Assembly (NCBI GenBank): GCA_963924565.1
Contig: OZ004607.1
Span: 25,110,001 to 25,174,000, forward strand
Source: Ascidiella aspersa
Lineage: Eukaryota
Direction: 5' to 3'
Length of the DNA: 64,000 nt
The notes under the pieces are model-generated. The model was not told the DNA's origin. It was given only the letters and a program-made list of their open reading frames with translations, and made no database searches. Numbering within the stretch: position 1 is the first letter of the stretch; every line of letters begins with the position of its first letter. Shown here piece by piece: positions 40,001-52,000 of this stretch. Made by a program: the position numbers and the translations under genes.

Positions 40001-43000
40001 ACCGGATCCATCCGGAATCGCGAGTGCCTTCTGCCGCGTTTTTTAAGTCGGCCATTGCCAGATTTGTTAGTCCGGTAAACATTGTAGCGCCGTTGCAAAA
40101 GTCGAAGGAACAGCATGATTTGCACTGCGAAATAGAAGTGCTCCACTCGCAGTATTCGGGTCCATTCGAGTCTTTCCTTTGTCCAGCCGTTCTTCTTTTC
40201 GGCGCCCGCTTGTCCGAATGGGATCTGCAGCTTTCAAGTCCCGGTGGTCCGCAGCCGCGAAAGTAGTTCGACTCTGAGTTCGGTTCTCGCTCTCGGCTTT
40301 CGATAGTCTGTAGATAAATTTAGGAAAAATTTATCAAATATTACAAGATTAAAAGTTAGCGAATATTACAAAGTCATTCTATTTGCACTGTTACACGTAT
40401 AATGTTGGAACTATAGTTGCTAATGTCATAGAAGAACGCCTATAGTGGCAATTTAATAATTCAAAATTTATGATTGGGAATAAAAAAACACCTACCCAAC
40501 AAACGTCGCCCAGGTCACACTGTAACTGAGCACTTTGATCTTTTAACCTAGGTTTCGCACACTCCATTCCAGAACAGGCGTAACATTGCGGAGCAGCTGC
40601 CTTAAGTGACTTCATTGGCCTCATTGCTACTTTAGCACTATTCTGCTCGTGCCTTGTCGCTTGTAGCGTCCCATTTTCGTGCGCCGCCTCGCCGAGGTCA
40701 ATCCAAATGCCGTCTTTCGCAGGGATGGGCGAAAATTTAACTTAAACATAAATGAATACGTATAGTTGCGACTAGCGAGTTTGTAAGCCTACAAATGTTG
40801 TTTTGAAAGGTGGAAATTTTGCTTTTTACATTAGACTAGGGATTTAAGTGTCGCTTTATTGTGATAATATGTATTAAAAAAAATAATCACATAAAGTGTG
40901 CTATAAATAATGCTTTAACTTTACGGGTACACAAGTGTCGTTAATTACCTACTTACCGTTTAACGAAATTGCCTTGACCACAGCTGTAAACAGAGTTACA
41001 AGAAATAACATAAAAACAATTTTTTCCATTTGGAATTATTACTTCCCTATTCTAGCCCTTTAAATACATTTTAAAACATAATGCTAACAGCGATGATTAT
41101 GCATTTTCCCAATTGTTTGGAATTTATATGCTCCAACAGAAACTATTTTGTTGAAAATGAATAAAGAGTTATTCGAAACGTTCAAAATTATACCTATTTC
41201 TGTATGGGCTTTGATATTCTTATTACGTCTTACTACAACTTCCAACCATTGCTCCAAAGAAACTATTTTGTTTTGTCACTTCTTTCACTAACGCTTTCCT
41301 TTTACTACCAGCGAGCAAGAATTAACTGTAAGCAGAATATTCACTGCCAACCTATCTCATTACAAAAAACAGATAGATTCATTGCAACCCTATTTAGGTT
41401 GGGTGAGCTTTACGACCAGTAAAGACAATATAAATATGTTCTTCTTAAGCAATAAACCTAGTTTTAAACTACCGGTTCGCTGAATAGTCAACAAAAACCT
41501 GACAACCTAAAACCAAAGGGGACCACGTTGCATTTAATATCTTAACTTTTATTAGAAAACTAAAATTCATCACGGGAAACGGTGTGCTATAAACTTGGCA
41601 AAAAATTGCAGCATTGAATTATTCTGTACCTAATCCCATTTTATGGGCTACAATTTAGGAGACAACTGAAGCGTGAACGCTGTAAAATAAAAAAAATCCT
41701 AAAAATATATGCATTGCTCATAACATTTATGATATATCAATCGATAGTTATTGCTAAATATTTCCTATAAGGAAATTAACTACTTAATACTTCCTCAACG
41801 ATTTTGCGAAATGTATATAGTCCAGCGATATTTTAACTCATATATATTTGGAGAGCATTCTCTCGATTCCGTTATTACTCACGCCAGTTCATTTTCGTAT
41901 CTGTGAAAGCACTGTGTGCCAGGCTCTTTGTGGTGCCGCTGCTGATGCCACAGATGTTCTCCCGCATGCATCGATTCACAATCTGTCATTGTTTTCGAGT
42001 GGCAGGGCAGCACAGTAGCGGGGCCATTTAAGGCTCCTGAAACACAAGGCTGGGTCGTTTAATTAGTAAATCAGCTGCCTAATGAGGAAAGCGACACACG
42101 TGTCCACTAATTGGAACTTAAAATGCTAACCAGCACTACATTGTAATGCTGCGCAATAGATGAGGATGCCATTTTAAAGTCGACTAACTCGATGCATTCA
42201 ACTTGAGTAACCAAGTTGAAGATCTGTCAACTAATGGATAAATTTTACAATCCCTGTGTTACACAGTCGTTGGTTTCAGGGCTGTGTTAATTATATTTTT
42301 AAATGAGCACGGTTGTGTTTCAGTTAACAACAAAAATCTGACCACAAAATATAGCCTACATTACCTGTATAACATAAACGTAAACTTTATGTACTAACTC
42401 AATGAATCTAGTATAAACGGACAATGAAGGCCCAAATTGCTTTCGTAAAATGAAGGAAAGATGCAGCTAAATTGTTATATAAACCTGTGGCCGTACCCCT
42501 AAAACCATGCATTAATATTAATATCTTCTAGAGTCAACAGTTTAAATACTTGTTACAAGCGACTTGTCTCAATCACAGGTTATACTTATTTCTCATTCTG
42601 TTTCTGTGAAAACATACCTTTATTGAGAAAATAATTTAATAGAAACACAATAAATAGATCCCGGGTGTTTTGATGACACTGACTGAGTGAAGTAAGCGAA
42701 TACATTGTATTTGGAGGGGCCTTAATTTAATTTGAATATTATCCCAAAATTTATGGCATTTAGGACTTCTATAAAGCCCGCCTAATTATTGATTGGAAAT
42801 ATTTTTAAGTTAAAGTGACATATGAATTCACAGAATAAAACATCACCTACATAAAACGTAGAGAGTGTTTTTTTTTCCATTTGAAAGGGATAAATTTTCT
42901 GAATTGGCCACAAAAATATGTACGAGCTAATTTCCCAAAAATTGGATAACAGTAGATATTGTATTACAATTGTCGTGATATAGTTGTTTACGATGCTTCA

Positions 43001-46000
43001 ATAGTCTTGACGTGCAATTTTTCATTAAATTAAGGAAACTTATCCAAGGAAATAAAATCCGAATGCGACGAACGTCAAAAAATCGTTAACCAAATTAGGT
43101 TTTAAAACATTTAACGTATAACGTTTCATGTGGATGACATTACACGCTTTGAAACGAAAAAACGCGCGCGCGGAAAAAATAGTTTTCTTGTTGTTTTGTT
43201 GTCAACAATGTCTAAAAGCAATGGCATGAAACTATGCATGATCGAGATATTATGCATGTTGCTATTGATATCTATCGATTAGGAAAATTCACCATATATC
43301 CAAAAAGAATCCAATGATTGTGAAGAATTAATTGTATCTCCAAGTAATAGAGTAATAATAACTTTTAGATTCAAAATTGGTTAGCGAAATGGAACAAAAA
43401 CGCAGGGTAACGCATTTGTAATATGTTTGTATTTGGGGGGGCTACACGTTTTCTCAAGATTGATTGCTTTCTTGAAAACCACTTTAGACGTTAGCTGCGT
43501 CCTTTCGACGATCAGTGCTGGGAAATTGCTTTAATGCGATTTATCTTGCGATTTGGATTGCAATAATCCTGTTTCCGTCCTAATTCCTTGCAGCATATCA
43601 CAACAGCGACACCAACTTACATCAGCCTCTTATAATTATTCCGTCTGAATGCTTGCTGCAGTTAACAGCTATTGATTTTTCCTGCACCCGCTTTAGTGGA
43701 AATTTCTGAGTGACACACATGTAAATTGATAATTTTTAGAATGTGGTTTTATGCTTTATTTGATGTTGTTATTCTCTGTAAGCTTTCGCAAGTCAGAACT
43801 GAAGAGTTCTCTAAAGTAAGTAGATATCATGACTGCAAAATTTTCTTGTTTTAGTTTTACATTACTTATTATTATGTTATACCTTTAATATTTAAACTTT
43901 AAAATTAAGCAAGAATTAAACAAGAAAGTATAGATAAAATGTTACACTGACCCCTTAACCGTTTGTTGATAACATATCACAATCAGTAAATGCCGTATTT
44001 CATTATATAAGTAAAAATAAATAAATGATAAAGTATATTTAAAAATATATACAAAAGGTTATATTGTCATTACGACGATACTATATCATCAGGTAACCGA
44101 TAGCCCGCTGTTAGAACCACGTGTGCGAGATTACGTCATTGATGGCCTGGTTCCCGACACCACGTATGACATCACAGTGAAAGCGGTGACGTCAGCCGGT
44201 GGACTGGAATCAAATTCGACGAGTGTACGCACAAACGAAGACGGTAAAAAACTATTAAAACCCCCACAGTGGCTACAAGAATAAAATAAAATATTTTTCA
44301 TTCAATTTATTTTTTCAGTTCCGTCATTTCCGCCCAGTGACGTCACAGCCGAATCGGTTGCAAACAATTCCTCGATCGCAATACTCCTCTTTCGACCCCC
44401 ACTTGTTCCCAACGGAAAGATCACAGAATACACAATTCAGCGTCGACTGCAACATGTATTTTATTTATAATGAATTGCATTGTCACATAAAGTTATGTTA
44501 AAAAAAGACAACTCATTCATGTATACGACTTGTTTCCTTATAGCCTTTGTTGCGAAAATATCTTTCTGCAATATTTATGATAAAAACTTGCGCTTTGTAG
44601 ACTCAAGAAATCTTTGAGGTCGTCGTTTCAACTGAACAACTTCCCGGTCCACTCGCTCTGAAGCAAACCTACTCGTGGCCAGTGAGTGGACTCCTGGGCG
44701 GGCGGTCGTACGAGTTCCGAGTTCGCGCGTCAACCGCCGTCGGTCCTGGGGAATACTCGTTGTGGACAAAGCCGATCGTAACTCCGATTACAGGTTAGTA
44801 TTTACTGTGTTTTTTAACTTTACTAAGTATATTGATGTGTTACCTCATTAGGTGGGGAAATCAGTTGGCCAAGATAAATTGTTAGGCAAGGCAATGGCCG
44901 CTAAAAACCTATTTTAAATTTGTGTTAAGACATGTGACTTAAATGGTGATTTTGTAAAAGAACAAACGTTTTAAACAACTAAGATTTGGTAAACCTGCTA
45001 ACATTTGAGCGTTTTGTCCTGATTGAACTGTACGCCGTGTGCCATTATTGAGTGCTTGTTTCGTTAGTATACTGTGTCGTATGAATATTCATAAATGGAC
45101 CGCCTCTAATTTGCAAATTCTCGACATCACGAGCGACTAATGTGATTAACTGTTCTTTAAACATTTATGTATTTTGCGTTTAGTCGAAATCGTTTTACCT
45201 CAATCCGATTTGATTCTGATTAAGTGACATCTGTTGACAGGCAGTATTAGAATGCGTTTCTAACAAAATATTTAAATCTACATAACTATCTTGAACTTGC
45301 AAATCTCATGCAGTTACATTACAGGCGATATGTTTTCGGTAAATTTAAATTGAAAGTAATTAGCCTATTATATTAATGTTTGTCGTTTAGTGAGTAAGTA
45401 AGTTTACAAGGAGAAAGCTATATACTTGTTACTATCTAGGCCAGTGGTTCTCAAAGGGAGCCACTTGGCTCACTTTGGGGGGAATTTTAAATTTTGGGGA
45501 GGAAATTTGTTCCAGTGAGGAATTGGGAAGGAAAACGGGATGAAAATGGCTCACTTTTTATTATTTGATAATTATAACACATAACTATAACTTCTCTTTT
45601 TAAATGAATTTTTAAATACTTACTATACGACTTAAGTAGCCTTATATGAAGACAATATGCTGCTTTAACTGTGTTAAACCTATGTCATAATGGACTCTGT
45701 TTGGTTTACAATGTCTATTGTTTCGTCACAGTAAGTAAAGTTAAAACATAAGATTTGGTAAAACATAAGATTGCCCAGATCCAGTATATATTTTAAATTC
45801 TGCAAAAATGCCAAAGCAAATGCCCGAGAGCGACTTTTTTCAAATCATTCATTTAAAACACATGTGGTTGGATCCACAAGTTTGTGCTATGTCAGCTGAA
45901 TAGTTTCCCAATTATACAGAGTTGAAAAAGGGCGATTTTAAAGCCACGCTTCATACCATCGGCGAAATTAAACTACAAATATCACCAAATTTGTTGATAA

Positions 46001-49000
46001 GCATCGTTAATTTTGTTGACAACGAAGTGCAACAATTTGTGATTGAAACGTCACAAAGGCTGTTCTGAGTTCTGACACCGCAATTCCATAGCGTTTTGCG
46101 CGCAATTGAAATCACTTAACAATCGGACGTGAATAAGACAATCGTACTTGAATACGAGGTGTTGCAATTTTCTTAACGTCAAATAGACGAATTTAAACAG
46201 CCGTAAGCTCCTAATAATCGCCGTTATTAGCGTCTAGAGTAGTCTCTAAAATACACGAAACGTAAAATTTTTCGGGCATCGCCCGTACCCACTAGGGTTG
46301 TTCATAACCCACACCTTAGATCCCCTAGGTGATTTCGGTTACTGATCATGTTACACAGTGGCGTATCCAGTGGGGCTGGGGTTTGTGACCCCCCTTATTT
46401 TGTGGGTGATATTATCGTGTTTTGTTCGGTTTGGTCAGGGTTTAGAAAACTGTCCGAAGCGGCAATGTTTTTAATGTAATTGGGTCGTGGTCTTTAGTTA
46501 ATGCGTAACCAAAATCTAACGCAAAACTCTGTTTCCCCTTTTTTCAAGTTATGATTGTTAACGCAAAATGATTTTCCATAAGCATATTCGATCTTCGTTT
46601 AGTATTGCAAGTGGCGAAAGGCGTGCTTGTAATCTAGCGCTAGTCCCGTACATGGAACTTGCGCTGCTGATAGTTTATCATTCTTCCAAAATCAATCACA
46701 CATATTTTACGGTCTTGGTTTAGTTTTTTGCCTGACAGGAGTGTCGACGACGCACGTGTTCGCATTTGCTGGACGTTAGTTGTTTCTGATTAGATCGTTT
46801 TATGACGTCATTACAATCACTATTTTATGATGTCACACCCGTCACTGTTTTTATGACGTCATTATTCATTAACTTCAGACGGAAAATATTAACTTCAGAC
46901 GGAAAATATATATAAAAAATATAATTCCCTAAGTTGAAAATTCGGGACACCCCCCTTTGAAACGGCCACGCTACGCGCCTGCCTACTTTTGAAATGTTCT
47001 CTGTTATTTCTGAGATGAATCGTAAAAAAGCACCTTGCAAATCATATCCATATACTGTGAAATTTTGACAATATTCCTTTTGCAATTTTTTGGGGAGGAA
47101 TTAACATTGTTTAAGCCTTTAAGGGAGGAATACGAAAAAGCTTTGAGAACCACTGATCTAGGCTAACTGGCGTTTTTAACGTACGTTTTAGGTGCTCCTT
47201 TGCCTTCTGTGGTGCCAGAAACTCCCCAAGCTTCATCAGAATTGATGAGCATCGCTCGAACATTTAGTGAATCCACCACTTTGGTTGTAAAAAGTCCTTG
47301 CGTGTTCTCCGATGTGAACGGGCCGCTGGCCAGCATAAGCGTTGTTGTGGCCGAAGGTGAGTTGTTATCACTAAACATTTTTTCATCTATTTCCACCGAG
47401 TATTCTCTGCTGATGTTTAATTTTCGCTTTCAAAATACAGATAAAGGAGTAATAGATTTGTAAGATTTCGCGCGTTTTTTGCCCGATTTACATGAAAATC
47501 CGTGTTAGTCTTTCATTGGGGTTTTCAACGGAAAGTGTCGTTCAGCTAACACTGTGCCGAAATAAATCGTCTTATTTGTTCATCTCTAGTCTCCCATAAT
47601 ACAGCTATAGTATCGTTTTACTGAAACCACACTACTTATTTTTTGGCCTTTTATTTGTCTTTCATTGCACAGCTTGTATGATTCAGCTAAAACTGTACTG
47701 AAACAAAAATCAGTTATAGCGCTGATAGGACATCTGCTTAATCAGTGATTGAGCCAGATACATGGACGCTTGTTGAACAAATTACACGGGTTTAAAAGTA
47801 TATATATATTGAAATATTAGGATAAACAACTTGTTAAAAAAATTGAAGTCTCATGTTATAATCATACTTTTTATGTATTGTTTAATTAAGGCGAGTTTAC
47901 ACGCGAGCCAACAGACTGGTACGAAGCGCATAGCCAGGTTCCCAGCCCTCCATACAAAGTAGTAGCAACACTCAGCCCAGCTTTGGATTGTCCAAGTGTT
48001 CCATATTTTCAAGCGAATGACGGCAATATTACAAAGGGAGGTAAGAGAACACAGATATATGTTTGGTTCACAATCAGCTAAAAATAATTTCTGACTTTGC
48101 CTGTCTAAGGTTATGGAAGAAACATTAGCTAACAAGTAAAACTTGTTTAAAAACGTAAAAAATGCACAAAAAATGTTGTTTTAAGAAATGTGTATTTTGC
48201 CTAAACAACATCATCAGTTCTGGGACAGTGATTACATTCAGGCACAAAAAAATATGTTTACATTAAATATTAAGGACGCAAACGACGATCGCTGGGCGAT
48301 GGCGGCAACCACTTTGTTATTGGTTCAGACAATTCATGTGATGAAGATGTGAAGCCGTTTTGTAATGGCCCCCTTAAATCAAATACCGACTACAGGTAAC
48401 CAATTAACCATATATTTAAATGTATATAGGCTATATGTATTTTAGATGAGAACAAACAAGACCAAGAATATCTAAAGCAGAATAATCTATGATACCATAG
48501 TATAATAATAATAATTTGTGATACCATACTTCCGATTTAGACGTTATTACGACTATTTGGTATTTGTCCAATTTTGGTCCTATTCCGAACTGTGTTTTAT
48601 TCCGACGTTGATGCTATTCTGATTTCGGTATTATGGCAGGTGTCGCTCTTGCATGTGTCATAATTAGCACACTATTGAAAGCTTGTATAAAAGAGAGTAA
48701 ACGCCCTTGCGGTTTAAGGCGATAATGTATGAAAATATACCAATCATTATACCTATTTTGTCACACTTTAAATAAACCATTTAAATTTTTAGTTAGCAAT
48801 TAACTAGTGAAACACATTCTAACCTTTAACCGTTAATTGTGCATTATTCGTCCCTGTAGGGTTAAATATCGAGCGGAAACCACCAACGGTGACGTCACTG
48901 AAACCGGTTATTCGAAACCGATTCGAACGAAGAAAAACTTTCTCGAAGCTCACTTCACGCTCATCGTGAGCATCGCTGCAGCCTTGGGAGCCTTCATCGT

Positions 49001-52000
49001 GATCCTCGTGATTTCCATCTGCCTAATAAGGTTATTATGCGAATACCGGTAGTGTATGCTCCCGAACAAAAGCAAAAAAGTAATAAGATGCTTTTCCAGT
49101 AGTCTCTGAGTCTTTTATTTGAGGTTTGTTTTAATAATTTTAATAATTACTAGTGATACATATATATATAAGATGACCCCGAAGGACATCAGATAAAATA
49201 TATTAGTCCTATCTCGACGCTCTATCTTGACTGGCCTTGTTGAACATATAGACGCAGAATGCAGAAAAACAAGAAATACGACGGTGGAATTGTGTCGGAG
49301 TTCGCCGCTGGAAGGTCGCCTCCACAAGGCGGTGGGCCTATAGAAGAAACCTTCGAGGATTGTAAAGGACCGATATCGGAGAGCGGTGCCCATTCAAACC
49401 GAGGATTTATTCTGGAAACTTCTCACAATGATAAAGTGTCCGAGGTGGCAGTTTCGAGGTACAAATCAAAACGCGTGTGGTATTAGCTTAGAGCAGGGTT
49501 ACTTGAACCGGGGTCCATGGACCCTTTGGGGGGTCCGTGAACTAATTTTAGGGGGTCCATGAAGGTCAAATTGAAATATTAGTATATGGTTAAGAAGTAA
49601 TCTATTCTTTTAAATAGAGTTTAATTAAAACTCGAACGGTTAGCACTGAATGTATTTTTGACTCCAATTTACTTAAATCATTAGCATATTTCTGAAAGTA
49701 TATTTGTATTGTGACGTGAATTTATGAAAAAATCAGCATATTTCAGAAGTCTATTTGATTGTGACGTCTATTTATGTCATCAGTCAATTTTGAAAATTTC
49801 TTGTCTACCGCGGTCCACACGAAGCAAAACAAAATATTAGAGGTCCGCGGTAAAAAAATTTAAAAAACCCTGGCTTGTTGGCTTAATTTGGAACTTGTGA
49901 AGGCATGCCAGATAGCAGCTATTGGATAGGTTTATTATATTCAAAGTTGAACACGCCAAGATAAAAGTGTACTGCTAAAGCCAAAGGCGGATCCAACATT
50001 TTGTTTTGAAAACCGAAAAACTTAGTTATGACGTAAAGTTTAGTGACGTATTAATTCAAGTTTATCATAAGAATTGAGTCGTTGTGGAACAAATTGTGTC
50101 AAATTATGCAACTTAGAGCGACACAAAATACGTCTATTAGGTTTAGTTGGCAAACCGTTTTCCTATAGTAAGGAGACTTGGCGCATTGGGCACATAAAGA
50201 GCAACTCATTGCTCGATATATATGAGGGCCATGAAATCAGCTTGATATCTGAACAGAAATCACGTGAAAAGGTTCTTACGAGAACAAAAAGGCATATTCA
50301 CATCAGGTGGATACATAGAGAAGTGTAAATATAAAACAAACATTTAAGGCTAAAAATTATTCATTGCAATGTAATAATAAGTGTCAAAACATACTATAAA
50401 AACGCGCAGAAGAGTCGCAAAAACTTTGGCATTTGGCTATAGTTAAAGTCTAAATGCCCATCGACGCCCTGTTAATGGCCAAGCGTGGATCTCTCGCTTT
50501 TTCGACACCGCTTGGCTCTGCATTTAAGACCTAGCCCGATGCGAAGCGGAAAGAAGTGCGAAAGGGCACCGTCACCCAGAGCAGCCGCACCCGGGAACCA
50601 GCAGAGCAAAGGTCAGGACCTTACGTCTTTTCGCAGACCGGTGCCGAAGCGCGATTTCGCGAGCCACATAACGCGCTACATGATGAACAAGAACAAGAGC
50701 TTCAGCGGCGAGTTCGACGACATTCGGGGCTTACCCGTCACCAGCACCACAATGACGGCCGACAAGCAGTTCAACCGCGCCAAGAATCGTCACGCCAAAC
50801 TCGTGCCCTGTGAGTTTTTCTTGCCTCTGCCCTATTAGCCTTTTTAAAATAGTTTCGTTAGGTTTTGCGTTTAAACGGAGATACAATACGAATTTACGAT
50901 ACGAATGGAACCAACCTTAAAACATTGCCGTAATTGTTGGACAGTACTACATCATCGGGGCTAGATCACAATGTATAGCCATGTCGCTATGTGTTCGAAA
51001 AGCTCAGTTGCTGGCGAAATGCTGTTATTGATAACCTTATTTAAATTGTATGCACAAAATTAGCAAATCCTGATTAGGACCACTAAATCCGGCAATGAAC
51101 TTTCCGAATGCATCCGATATGTCCTTTATTATTTTCTTGTTTTTCTATTACAGACGATCATTCCCGTGTTAAGCTAGAAGCAATCCCTGCAATTGAAGGC
51201 TCCGACTATATAAACGCAAGTTTTATACCCGTAAGTTAACCTGTTTAGGAAAACGCTATGATACCAATAATATTCATCTGATTATGTTTGACTATAAACG
51301 AGTGATTCAAAGCACTCAAACTATTGACAAGTGTTAAAAGTTTAATGATGAACACGCTACTTACTCAGGGCCCACAGTCCACTGAACAGTTCATTGCTGC
51401 TCAAACTCCTTTGGAACACACAAAAAAGGATTTCTGGAGAATGGTCTGGGAGACAGGAGCTAGCTGTTTGGTGATGCTTTGCAACAGCGCAGAGGAGGGA
51501 AAGGTAAGGCTGCACTATACCATATACGAGTTTAATTGTCCCTTTATCTTATCTGTCAAGATTGACTCGCTTCCTTTTTCCATAACTGCCTGGTGTGAGA
51601 TATTTCTTTGAGAAGTTGCGATGCGAAGGATTTATGATCGTTGTTGCGGTCAAATATTGTTATGCAAAATAATGTGATATTCTCAATAACTCTGCTTCAA
51701 TACAAGCCTTATTTAATGATTTCTAGTATTTTTCTTATTTGAAAAAAAGTATTTCCTTATTTTAAAAGATGCATAAATGATGGAAATATATTTCGCGGCA
51801 TCATTGGGCCACTAACTCATTAAGCAAAGTGACGTGTATTTTAGAAACGAGGATGCGATTATTGGCCAAAAAAGCAGACTGAGTATTACGGCAACTTGGC
51901 TGTACAAATGAATCACGAAGATACTCAACTCGAATGGGTTATACGCCATTTCACTGTCACAATGGTAAGTTTGCATTGCATTTTATCCTGTGAAAGTGGC

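Noticed and set aside
39937-40266. 109-aa plus-strand ORF
   Set aside because: Antisense shadow of exon 3 of the nested Ly6 gene.
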